A DNA stretch of 64,000 nucleotides, taken from contig CAVUWA010000004.1 in assembly GCA_963744995.1 (NCBI GenBank), positions 352,001 to 416,000 of the forward strand, in the 5' to 3' direction. The DNA is from Candidatus Eiseniibacteriota bacterium (GTDB lineage Bacteria; Eisenbacteria; RBG-16-71-46). Below are positions 19,851 to 28,945 of the stretch, piece after piece. The notes beneath the pieces were generated by a model. It searched no databases. It saw only the letters and a list, made by a program, of their open reading frames with translations, and was not told the DNA's origin. Each line of letters opens with the position of its first letter. The first letter of the stretch is position 1. The position numbers and the translations under genes are program-made.

Positions 19851-22025
19851 ATGGCCCTGCGCGTCGCCGCAACCGCGCGCGCGCTGCTCGCGCTGGCGCT
19901 CCTGGCGGCGCCGGCCCGCGCCCGGGTCGGCGAGACGATCGGGCCCTCGATCTTCCGCTTCCACGCCTCCGAATCGGCCCGGGCGGCAGCCCTGCCCTCG
20001 ATCGCGCTCCAGCACCCCTTCCCCGCCCTCGGGCCGCTGCCCGGCGGCGACTCGGTGCGGGTGCACCCCGTTTTCACCCGCATCGGCGAGCGCTTCGGCG
20101 TGCGCGTCGACGCCGGACCGGGCGTGGACTGGTACGGGACCGGCGAGGTCGCCGGCCCGCTGCGCCGCAACGGGCGCGCGGTGACGCTCTGGAACCTGGA
20201 CGCCTACGGCTGGGGCGAAGACAGCCAGCAGCTCTACCAGTCGCACCCGTGGGTGCTGGGCGTGCGCCCGGACGGCAGCGCGCTCGGCCTGCTGTTCGAT
20301 ACCACGTACCGCAGCCGCATCGAGCTCGGCGATCGTGTGGTGTTCTTCGCCGACGGACCCGCGTGCCCGGTGATCGTGATCGAGCGTGGCACCCCCGGGG
20401 ACGTGGTCGAGGCGCTCGCCGATCTCACCGGACACATGCCGCTGCCGCCGCTCTGGGCGCTCGGTTACCAGCAGTGCCGCTACTCCTACACGCCCGATTC
20501 GCGCGTGCGGGAGATCGCACGCGAGTTCCGGCGCCGCCGGCTGCCGTGCGACGTGATCTGGATGGACATCGACTACATGGACGGCTACCGCAGCTTCACG
20601 TTCCATCCCGAGCGCTTTCCCGACCCGGGCGCCCTGAGCGCCGATCTGCACCGGCAGGGATTCCACGGTGTGTGGATGATCGACCCCGGCATCAAACGCG
20701 AGCCCGGCTATTCCGTCTACGACTCGGGGAGGGAGCGCGACGTCTGGGTGCGCGCGCAGGACGGCAGCCTCTACACGGGCGACGTGTGGCCCGGCGAGTG
20801 CGTGTTCCCCGACTTCACCCGGCCCGACGTGCGCGCGTGGTGGGCCTCGCTCTACGGGCCGTTCCTCGCGCGTGGCGTGGACGGCGTGTGGAACGACATG
20901 AACGAGCCGGCCGTCTTCGACGTGGGCTCGAAGACGATGCCGGTGCGCAATCGGCACGGCGGCGATCCGGCGTTCGGCGGCCCGGCGGATCATGCCCGCT
21001 ACCACAACGTGTACGGCATGCTGATGTCGCGGGCGACCCGCGAGGGCATGCGTGCCGCGCGTCCGGAGCAGCGGCCGTTCGTGCTGACCCGCGCGAGTCA
21101 TCTCGGCGGACAGCGCTACGCGGCGACCTGGACCGGCGACAATTCGGCGAACGAGTACCACCTGCGCGCCTCGATCCCGATGGTGCTGAACCTGGGCCTC
21201 TCGGGGCAGCCGTTCGCGGGCCCGGACATCGGCGGCTTCAGAGGCAACGGCAGCGCTGAGCTGTTCGCGCGCTGGATCGCGGTCGGTGCGCTGTTGCCCT
21301 TCGCCCGCGCCCACACCGAGAAGGGCAGCGTGAACAAGGAGCCGTGGGCCTTCGGGGCGGCGGTCGAGTCGACCGCGCGACTCGCCCTCGAGCGACGCTA
21401 TCGGCTGATGCCCTACCTCTACACCGTGTTCCGTGAGGCTGCCGAGACCGGGCTGCCGGTGGCGCGCCCGCTGTTCTTCGCCGATCCGCAGGATCCGCGC
21501 CTGCGCGCCGTGGACGATGCATTCCTCCTCGGCGGTGACGTGCTCGTGCGCGCGCGCTGGTCGCCCGCCGGCGGGGCCGCGGGTCCGCTGCCCGCGGGCG
21601 GCTGGCGCGGCTTCGTGCTCGATGCCGCCGAGTCCGCCGACCGCACGCTGCCCGATCTCTACCTGCGCCCGGGCGCGATCCTGCCCGTGGGGCCGGTCGA
21701 ACAGCACACCGGCGCCAGGCCGCTCGAGCCGCTCATCCTGATCGTGCGGCTCGACGCCGCGGGTCGCGCGGAGGGCGCGCTGTACGAGGACGCCGGCGAC
21801 GGTTACGGCTACGAGCGCGGCGCGTACCGCGTGAGCCGCTTCACCGCCGTGCGCACCGGCGACACCGTGCGGATCGAGGGCAGGGTCGCCGCCGGCAGCT
21901 GGCCGTGGAAGGAGCGTGCCACGGTGGTGCGGGTGCTGCTCGACGGCCGCGAGGTGACGCGCACGACCCGCGGCGGGCGGACGATCGAGATCCCGCTCGG
22001 ACGCACGCCGGCGTTCGCGCACTGA
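19851..22025 (+). CDS. GH31 alpha-glucosidase (start may be 19737)
   Basis: PLWALGYQQCRYSY, WMDIDYM, WNDMNEP (nucleophile), WTGDN (acid/base); signal peptide. Confidence 0.95.
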   Translation: MALRVAATARALLALALLAAPARARVGETIGPSIFRFHASESARAAALPSIALQHPFPALGPLPGGDSVRVHPVFTRIGERFGVRVDAGPGVDWYGTGEVAGPLRRNGRAVTLWNLDAYGWGEDSQQLYQSHPWVLGVRPDGSALGLLFDTTYRSRIELGDRVVFFADGPACPVIVIERGTPGDVVEALADLTGHMPLPPLWALGYQQCRYSYTPDSRVREIAREFRRRRLPCDVIWMDIDYMDGYRSFTFHPERFPDPGALSADLHRQGFHGVWMIDPGIKREPGYSVYDSGRERDVWVRAQDGSLYTGDVWPGECVFPDFTRPDVRAWWASLYGPFLARGVDGVWNDMNEPAVFDVGSKTMPVRNRHGGDPAFGGPADHARYHNVYGMLMSRATREGMRAARPEQRPFVLTRASHLGGQRYAATWTGDNSANEYHLRASIPMVLNLGLSGQPFAGPDIGGFRGNGSAELFARWIAVGALLPFARAHTEKGSVNKEPWAFGAAVESTARLALERRYRLMPYLYTVFREAAETGLPVARPLFFADPQDPRLRAVDDAFLLGGDVLVRARWSPAGGAAGPLPAGGWRGFVLDAAESADRTLPDLYLRPGAILPVGPVEQHTGARPLEPLILIVRLDAAGRAEGALYEDAGDGYGYERGAYRVSRFTAVRTGDTVRIEGRVAAGSWPWKERATVVRVLLDGREVTRTTRGGRTIEIPLGRTPAFAH

Positions 22026-22063
22026 GCCGCCCCGCGCACGCATCCGCGCGGAGCCCTGCCGCT

Positions 22064-22597
22064 TCACCTGTCGCGGCCGCCCGCTTCGATCCAGGGCTTC
22101 AGGCCCTCGAACAGGAAGTGATGCCACGCACCGTCGATGAGGTCGGGCCAGCCTTCTTCCAGTTGTCCGGCGGCGTTGCACGTACAGGTGATCCGCGTGC
22201 TGTCGCCGGCCGCCTCGTAGTCCCAGGTCACCACCATGTCGAGCGCCTTGCCGGCGAGTCCGAGGGGGCCCACGAACCGCAGCCGCTTCCCGCGCTGCGC
22301 CCACGTCACCGTGGCGTGCAGGACGCCGTCTCCCGAGTCGTCGAAGATCTCGTAGAAGCCGCCGCCCGGCTTCGGCTCGATGAAGAACCGTGCCGGCTTG
22401 CCGGAGAACGAGTGATCCCACCAGCTGCTGATGTCGCCGGTCATGGCGTCATAGACCGATGCCGGCGAACCGGGCACGGTCAACGTGTGGTGAATCCGGA
22501 ATCCGCCCGTCTCGAGCGGGGTGACCTCGGCGCGTACGGGGACCGCGGTGACGGGCGCCACCGCGAGCAGCATGGTGAAGCAGGCTCTCACGATCAT
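22064..22597 (-). CDS. SRPBCC/START-domain protein
   Basis: VYDAMT.DIS.WW, PGGGFYE, GPLGL, terminal helix with W; signal-like N-terminus. Confidence 0.8.
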   Translation of the reverse strand: MIVRACFTMLLAVAPVTAVPVRAEVTPLETGGFRIHHTLTVPGSPASVYDAMTGDISSWWDHSFSGKPARFFIEPKPGGGFYEIFDDSGDGVLHATVTWAQRGKRLRFVGPLGLAGKALDMVVTWDYEAAGDSTRITCTCNAAGQLEEGWPDLIDGAWHHFLFEGLKPWIEAGGRDR

Positions 22598-22694
22598 GGT
22601 CGACCTCTCATGATGAAGGATGAGCGCCCCGATCTCCCTCAGGAAAGCGACCGGCTGCAAGGGTGTCAAGGGAGGCCCCTGCCCCGTCGAAACA

Positions 22695-22726
22695 GAAACG
22701 CCGGGGCCCACGGGCCCCGGCGCTTC
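22695..22726. terminator. Hairpin terminator
   Basis: CGCCGGGGCCC / GGGCCCCGGCG flanked by GAAA and CTTC. Confidence 0.7.
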
Positions 22727-22745
22727 CTGTTCGAATCGTGGTCGG

Positions 22746-24695
22746 TCAGTGCACGAGCGCCACGCGCTGCGTCGCCACGCCCTGCGACGTGCGCAGATGG
22801 ATGAAGTACACGCCCGGCGAGACGCGACCGGCGTGGTCGGAGAGACCGTCCCACGTGCGGGTGTACTCGCCGGCTGCCAGCATGCCGTTCTGCAGCGAGC
22901 GCACCGCCCGGCCGTTGGCGTCCACGATCGTGAGCCGCACGAACTCCGGCGCGCCGATCGAGAAGCGGATCGCGGTGCCGGCACGGCTCGGATTCGGCTG
23001 CGGCGCGCCGAGGAACACGCCCGCCGCGAGCGCGCTGGCGCGCTGCGCGGAAGCCAGACCCATGAACGACGTTTCGCCGGCCAGGTCGGTGACCGCCAGG
23101 CGGTACCAGTAGGCGCGCCCCGTCTCGGTACCGGTATCGAGCGCCACCGTCGCCTGTCCGTCGCTGGCGAGCTCGGTGGTCACGGCCCCCCACGGCCCCT
23201 CGGCCGCCGGTGCACGCTGCAGCGCCACGATGCTCACGTCGCCCGGATCGAGGAACTGCCAGCGCAGCGCGATGCCGTCGCGGCGGCCTTCGGCCGAGAA
23301 CATCGCGAGTTGCGTGGCGGTCGCCGTCGGGAACCAGCCGATGTCGCGGAACAGGTCCTCCGTCAGGTCGACCGTGTCGTGCAGGTCGCTGTTGATCGCC
23401 GGCTCCATGAGCGCGTTCGGCGTCAGGCTGACGTCGTAGTGCGACACCGAGGAGCCGCTCTGGAACGGATTCGGCGCGTACATCTTCGGGTAGCCGGTGT
23501 CGTCGGCGCCGGCGAGCAGCACCGGGTCCTGGTCGAGGGTGACGTTCACGCCGGTGCCGAGGTTGGCCTTGATCGTGTTGCCGTCGGCCTGCGAGATGCC
23601 GACCGAAGGAATCACCACCGACGGATCACTCCCGCCCATGGGCGGCAGGCCGCTGGCGGCGTTGTTGGCGATCAGCACGGCGATGGCGCCGCCGTTCTGT
23701 GCGGCCAGCACCTTGGACGTGAAGGTGCACGTGCCGCGGTCGATCAGCACGATCTTGCCGGCCACGTTGTTGACGAGCGGCTCGCAGCCGTCCGAGGTCG
23801 TTCCCGTGCCGTCGTCCGCCAGCACGACGTCGCCGGTCACGTTGAAGGTCTGCGGCCCGAACGTGGCCGTCTGCACCTGATACGTGCCGGCGATCGAGCC
23901 CGGCGAGTTGATGACCATCCGGAAGCGCTTGTCGAGGTAACTCTGCGCCGCGTTGAAGACGTTCGGCCCGTCCCACACCAGGTGGTCGGTGTTGATCGCC
24001 GAAACCTGACGCTGCGTCGTCGTCATCTGGTACCAGTGCAGGCCGGTCTGGTCGTTGAGCAGGAAGCGGTCGAACACCGACGGGTAACCGTTGAAGAAGT
24101 TCCCCGTCACCCCGTTGGTGAGGGTGCTGAAGCCGAGGCCGTGACCGAGTTCGTGCAGCAGCACCGGGAGCAGCTCGACGTCCGAGCCTTCGTTGCCGTC
24201 GATGCCGTAGTACCAGGTCGCCCCGCCCAGGCACGTGCCGCTGTCGAGGGTCAGGTTGAACGTGGCGTTGATGTCCGGATCCGCAGGGGCCAGATCCGTG
24301 CCCGCGAGTTTGTTGGCCAGCGCCTGATGGTAATAGGTGCCGGCATAGTCGGCGCCGGCGAAGTCGCGGTGCGCCGTCACGGGGCCCGCCGAGCCGAGCA
24401 CGGCGCTGGTCGCGTTGCAGGTCTGCGGATTGAACTGCGAGCGTACCTGGATCGTGACGCCGCTCTGCAGGATGCCGCCCCAGATGTTGGCGGCGTACTG
24501 GAAGATGAACAGCCGCTGGCCGCCCAGCGTCGTGGCGGGGTTGCCGCCGACCGGCGCGACCGGTGTGGGATCGTTGAAACCTTCACCGGGACCGTCGTTG
24601 TTGACGATCACGATCGTCGCCGCGTTCGCCGGCACGGCGAAGGCGAGCAGCGCGGCGAGGCCGAGCGGCGCGAAGAAGCGCGGGAAGGCGTTCAT
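22746..24695 (-). CDS. Secreted zinc metalloprotease with PA domain and C-terminal FlgD-Ig/T9SS-like domain
   Basis: HELGHGLGF; PA motif GKIVLIDRGTCTF..K...AQ..GA.AVLIAN; SSVSH.D, LMEP; PNP...WDG...GVY. Confidence 0.9.
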   Translation of the reverse strand: MNAFPRFFAPLGLAALLAFAVPANAATIVIVNNDGPGEGFNDPTPVAPVGGNPATTLGGQRLFIFQYAANIWGGILQSGVTIQVRSQFNPQTCNATSAVLGSAGPVTAHRDFAGADYAGTYYHQALANKLAGTDLAPADPDINATFNLTLDSGTCLGGATWYYGIDGNEGSDVELLPVLLHELGHGLGFSTLTNGVTGNFFNGYPSVFDRFLLNDQTGLHWYQMTTTQRQVSAINTDHLVWDGPNVFNAAQSYLDKRFRMVINSPGSIAGTYQVQTATFGPQTFNVTGDVVLADDGTGTTSDGCEPLVNNVAGKIVLIDRGTCTFTSKVLAAQNGGAIAVLIANNAASGLPPMGGSDPSVVIPSVGISQADGNTIKANLGTGVNVTLDQDPVLLAGADDTGYPKMYAPNPFQSGSSVSHYDVSLTPNALMEPAINSDLHDTVDLTEDLFRDIGWFPTATATQLAMFSAEGRRDGIALRWQFLDPGDVSIVALQRAPAAEGPWGAVTTELASDGQATVALDTGTETGRAYWYRLAVTDLAGETSFMGLASAQRASALAAGVFLGAPQPNPSRAGTAIRFSIGAPEFVRLTIVDANGRAVRSLQNGMLAAGEYTRTWDGLSDHAGRVSPGVYFIHLRTSQGVATQRVALVH

Positions 24696-25201
24696 CACTT
24701 CACCTCCCGCGTCGCGGCCGGCGCACCGGCACGCACCTGCGCTTCGCCCGAACCTTCGACGCACGACATCCGGCGCCGGCCGTCGGCGTCGACCGTGACG
24801 ACCATCGTCTCTTCGAACATCCCCTGCAGGTCCACCATCACGGAGCCGTCCGGAAGCGTGACCTCCGGCAGGCGGTCGGGGCGCACGGGCTGTTCGGCGA
24901 GCGGCACCACCGCCGACTGCGGCGGGATGTTCGTCAGGGCACCCGTTTCGGGATCGACGTACGCCTTCATGCCGGCTTCGCCGGGCGCCGCCTGCGCGGG
25001 CTCCGGTGCGGGCGCCGTGACCGCCACGGGTGTCGCGGGCCGGGCGGCTGCAGTCTCTACGGTCTGCGGTGCGGGCTGCTGTCCGGCGTCGCCCCCGGCG
25101 GTCTTCGAGCGTGCGTGCACGCTCCAGGCCGCCGCGGTGACCAACGCCAGTGCTCCGAGCGTCAGGAGCAGCGAACGAAGTGGTGTAGCAGCTGTCTTCA
25201 T
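24695..25201 (-). CDS. Small exported protein coupled to the protease (post-PEP-CTERM-1-like domain)
   Basis: Signal anchor, Pro/Ala linker, GMKAYVDPETG...PDGSVMVDL.G.F....V...DADG....C; stop overlaps the protease ATG. Confidence 0.7.
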   Translation of the reverse strand: MKTAATPLRSLLLTLGALALVTAAAWSVHARSKTAGGDAGQQPAPQTVETAAARPATPVAVTAPAPEPAQAAPGEAGMKAYVDPETGALTNIPPQSAVVPLAEQPVRPDRLPEVTLPDGSVMVDLQGMFEETMVVTVDADGRRRMSCVEGSGEAQVRAGAPAATREVK

Positions 25202-25368
25202 GGGGACTCCCTCGAAGAGGTCAGGGTCGACAGCGACTGCATCGAAGAGGCAGAGCGCGATTCTATGCCGCGGGGAATGTCATGAAAAGGACAATCGGCC
25301 GGAAATCCGCCTGCGCTGCCGCTCAGGCAGACTGAACCGGGCCGGCGCGCACGGATGACGGATCGGGA

Positions 25369-26064
25369 TCAGCTCGCGCCGAAGAACAGCCAGTCGGTCT
25401 GGTGGACGTGGAGATGGCGGTTCTCGAACGTGACGGCCTCGACCTCGACGCTCGGAAACGTCGTGCGCATGGCCGCGGCGAACGGGCCGTGCTCCGCGCA
25501 GGACCACACGCCGAGCACGCCGCCGGGCGCGAGATGGTTGCGCGCCCGATCGAGACCGGCGCGCGTGTAGAACGCGCCGGGGCCGTGGTCGAGGCGCTCG
25601 TCCGGCGAGTGGTCCACGTCGACCAGAATGACATCCCACTCGCCGCGACCCGGCGCCGCCAGCCGCGCGTACGCATCGCCGGCCTCGAGCGTGCAGCGCG
25701 GCTCGCCGGTGAGACGCTCCGAAAGCGGCACCCGCCCCGCGCGCATCCAGTCGATCACCTGCGGCAGCAGTTCCATCACGGTGACGCGTTCGACCTGCGG
25801 GTGATCGAGCACCGCCGCCGCGGTATAGCCGAGCCCGAGGCCGCAGACGAGCACGCGCAACCGGGCGCCGCCGTGCAGAGCGATCGCCCGGGTGGCGAGC
25901 GCGCGCTCGGACTCGGTGTGCAGGCTGCTCATGAGGAATTCGTGATCCAGGGTGATCTCGGTCACCGTCTCCCCCGGCGCCGACAGCAGCGTGCGCCGCC
26001 TCAGGCAGAGCACGCCGAGCGGCGTCTCCTCCCAGGCGAGGATCTCGAATCCGGCAGCGCTCAA
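25369..26064 (-). CDS. Spermidine synthase-like SAM-binding protein
   Basis: FLMSS...ESE..LA, VLVCGLGLGYT, DVILVDVDHSP, L.PGGVLGVWS. Confidence 0.85.
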   Translation of the reverse strand: MSAAGFEILAWEETPLGVLCLRRRTLLSAPGETVTEITLDHEFLMSSLHTESERALATRAIALHGGARLRVLVCGLGLGYTAAAVLDHPQVERVTVMELLPQVIDWMRAGRVPLSERLTGEPRCTLEAGDAYARLAAPGRGEWDVILVDVDHSPDERLDHGPGAFYTRAGLDRARNHLAPGGVLGVWSCAEHGPFAAAMRTTFPSVEVEAVTFENRHLHVHQTDWLFFGAS

Positions 26065-26074
26065 CGCGAAAACG

Positions 26075-26485
26075 TCAGATCTCGAGCGCGTGGGCCGCCT
26101 TGTCGGCGTCCTCGGGCCGCAGGTAGATCACGTACCCGTAGTAGCCCTGCCCGTCCGTCACGCACATGGAGGCGAACACGCTGACGTCGGCCGCGCGCAG
26201 CTTGGCATGCACGCCTGCCAGGGCGCCCATCTGATCTCCGCCCTGCACCAGCAGCGCCGCATGCGGACCATCGAGCTTCAACCCCGCGCGCTCGGCCGCC
26301 ATCATGAAGTGGCGTGAGTCCTCCGGGAACAGCGTGAGCTGCGTGCTGTCGGGTCCCAGCGGCACCGTGTGCAGCGCGAGCAGGTTCACCCCGAGCCCGG
26401 CGAGATCGCCGAGCAGGCGGTAGGCACCCTCGCCCACCGTCGTGTAGAAGTAGTTCACGCGTCTCACCGAAATCGCCACTTTCAA
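26075..26485 (-). CDS. Tandem ACT-domain-like protein
   Basis: AGGAGG RBS with TTG start; L..LGVNLLA, D..GALA.V..KL..A.V.V, D..KA..AL. Confidence 0.7.
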   Translation of the reverse strand: MKVAISVRRVNYFYTTVGEGAYRLLGDLAGLGVNLLALHTVPLGPDSTQLTLFPEDSRHFMMAAERAGLKLDGPHAALLVQGGDQMGALAGVHAKLRAADVSVFASMCVTDGQGYYGYVIYLRPEDADKAAHALEI

Positions 26486-26537
26486 TCCTCCTTGCGCGCG
26501 GTCCTCAGCGGATGACCGCCACGCGGCTTTTCGTCTG

Positions 26538-27055
26538 TCATCCTTCAGCTCCGACCTGCAGCACGTAGCGGCCGGATTCGAGCGAAGTCGTGTTCATCGA
26601 CAGGAACTGCTGCGATCCCACCGTGCGCCGCTCGCTCTGCACGAGCCGGCCCCGTACGTCGGACACGTGCCACGTGACGATCCCGATCCGGAGGCCGGAG
26701 ACGTCGGTCGGCGTGCGAATGGATTCCGCCCCGGATGCGCGACAGGCGGGTCCGGTCCGGGGCGGCGCGGCAGGTCGCCCACTGCAGAGTCGGGTCCGCG
26801 CTCGCCGGGCACCGTCGGTGCGAGCGGCGGGTGGATGGGTTCGTAGAAACGATTCGCATGGCCGTTCGGCTGGTTGCCGGTATGGCAGAGGTGACGCGCG
26901 TGCACGGTGGGGCGCGCGAAGCCGATGCGGATTGCGTCGAGCAGCACCCCGTTCCGGCGCCGGGCCACGGACTGCTGCGCGGATGCACCGGCCGGGACCA
27001 GGGCCCCGGCGGCGACCGCCCCCGCGACGACTGCCAGCATGCGACGTCCGTTCAT
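26538..27055 (-). pseudogene. Internally deleted remnant of a secreted vanadium-haloperoxidase-like/T9SS-type protein
   Basis: Signal peptide plus QQSVARRRNGVLLDAIRIGFARPTVHARHL, then ANRFYEPIHPPL, then in another frame a CTD-like DVRGRLVQ...SLESGRYVLQV, all within ~520 bp. Confidence 0.55.
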
Positions 27056-27358
27056 CTTGCCCACCCTCTGCGACCGGAGGGGTGTTTCGATCGATCGGTT
27101 GGAGCCGTTTCCGGTCTGCCGGCATCTCGAACCAGCGGCGAATCTACAGGATCGGCACGGGCGTGGCACGCCAGGTAGACGAAGGAATGATTCCCCTCCC
27201 GGGGCCGACCCGTCCGACAAACGGGTCATTCCCCGGGCCCCGGGACGCGTGGGGCCGGCGTCGCGCCGCCGGCAGAGGGAGTCGCAAAAGAGTCGTTGCC
27301 CGACATGCGCAGCCGGGGTACACAGGGACCGTCCACACAGGTCTCCCGGAGGTCTTTC

Positions 27359-28780
27359 ATGAAGATGCTCGCCACAGACGGTTCGGCGCTCGAGGTCGCC
27401 GCGCAGGATGTCGATGCGTTGCGCGCCGGACTCCGCGGTTCCCTGCTGCGCCCCGCAGATCCCGGTTTCGAAGACGTACGCACGGTGTGGAACGGCATGA
27501 TCGACCGGCGCCCGGCGGCGATCGCCCGCTGCCTCGGCGTCGCCGACGTGCAGCTCGCGCTCGGCTTCGCCCGGCGCCACGATCTCCGGTTCACGATCAA
27601 GGGCGGTGGCCACAACATCGCCGGACTCGCGGCCTGCGACGGCGGACTGATGATCGACCTGTCGCTCATGCGCGGCGTGCTCGTCGATCGCGATCGAAGG
27701 ATCGCGCACGCGCAGGCCGGTTGTCTGCTGGGCGACGTGGACCGCGAGACCCAGGTGCATGGTCTGGCCGCGGTGCTCGGCTTCGTTTCCAACACCGGGA
27801 TTGCCGGCCTCACCCTGGGCGGCGGGTTCGGCTACCTGACCCGCCGCTACGGCTGGACCTCCGACAACGTCACCGCCATGGAGGTGGTGACCGCCGACGG
27901 CCGCGTGGTGGGCGCAAGCGAGACCGAGCATCCGGACCTGTTCTGGGGGTTGTGCGGTGGCGGCGGCAATTTCGGCATCGTGACGCGGATCGACTACCGA
28001 CTCTATCCGGTGGGCCCCGAGATCATGGCGGGCGCGGTGGCGTGGCCGGGCGAAGCCAGCCGCGAGGTGCTGGAACTGCAGCGCGAGCTCGTGAACGAAG
28101 GGCCGCCCGAGCTGACCGTGGCCTCGGTGGTGCGCCCGGCGCCGCCGGCGCCCTGGATCCGCGCCGATCATCACGGCCGGCTGGTCGCGGTGCTGGCCGT
28201 CTGCCACACCGGCGATGCGGCCGCCGGCGAGGCGATCGCGAAGCGCATCCGCTCCTTCGGTGCCCCGGTCGGCGACGTGCTGCAGCGCCGCCCCTATGTC
28301 GCCCAGCAGAGCCTGCTCGACGCCACGCAGCCGAAGGGCCGGCGCTACTACTGGAAGTCGGAGTACCTTGCGGACATCAGCGACGCGGCCATCGAAAAGC
28401 TGACCGCCCACGCGCGGAAGATCGAGTCGCCGCACTCCGCGATCCTGTTCTTCCCCATCGGCGGTGTGCTCGACCGGCTCCCCGGCGACCACTCCGCGGC
28501 CGGCAATCGCGACGCGCGGATCGTCCTCAACATCACCGCGGCATGGGACGACCCCGCCGAGGACGCGCGCCACGTCGAATGGGCGCGCGCGGCGTGGCGC
28601 GACATGCGTTCGCTCTCGACGGGCGGCACCTATGTGAACTTCCTCACCGAGGACGAGCCCGCGGAACGCGTGGCGGCGGCGCTCGGCCCGAACATGGCAC
28701 GCCTGGCGGAGATCAAGGCGGTCTGGGATCCGACGAACCTGTTCCGGACCAACCGGAACATCCTGCCGCGAGGTGCCTGA
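27359..28780 (+). CDS. FAD-binding oxidoreductase (berberine-bridge/BBE family)
   Basis: WNGMIDRRP, GGGHN, GLTLGGG.G, DLFWGL.GGGGNFGIVT, YVNF, WDPTNLF. Confidence 0.95.
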   Translation: MKMLATDGSALEVAAQDVDALRAGLRGSLLRPADPGFEDVRTVWNGMIDRRPAAIARCLGVADVQLALGFARRHDLRFTIKGGGHNIAGLAACDGGLMIDLSLMRGVLVDRDRRIAHAQAGCLLGDVDRETQVHGLAAVLGFVSNTGIAGLTLGGGFGYLTRRYGWTSDNVTAMEVVTADGRVVGASETEHPDLFWGLCGGGGNFGIVTRIDYRLYPVGPEIMAGAVAWPGEASREVLELQRELVNEGPPELTVASVVRPAPPAPWIRADHHGRLVAVLAVCHTGDAAAGEAIAKRIRSFGAPVGDVLQRRPYVAQQSLLDATQPKGRRYYWKSEYLADISDAAIEKLTAHARKIESPHSAILFFPIGGVLDRLPGDHSAAGNRDARIVLNITAAWDDPAEDARHVEWARAAWRDMRSLSTGGTYVNFLTEDEPAERVAAALGPNMARLAEIKAVWDPTNLFRTNRNILPRGA

Positions 28781-28945
28781 GAGGCGAGCCGGCGGCCGTC
28801 GTGCGCAGGCGTCCTGCGTCATTTGACCCAGGCGGGCCGCGGCGTGCGCTGCGGCTCCGGTGCGTCGTTGAGGCCCGCCCCGGCGGTTGTTAGACTTTTG
28901 GGGCTCCACTCGGGCCTCCCCAGGCCGCCCAGACGAAGGTCGAGC

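Noticed and set aside
19851..22025. GH31 as part of the glucan regulon
   Set aside because: Alpha-specific family, 15 kb away, and no operator seen upstream
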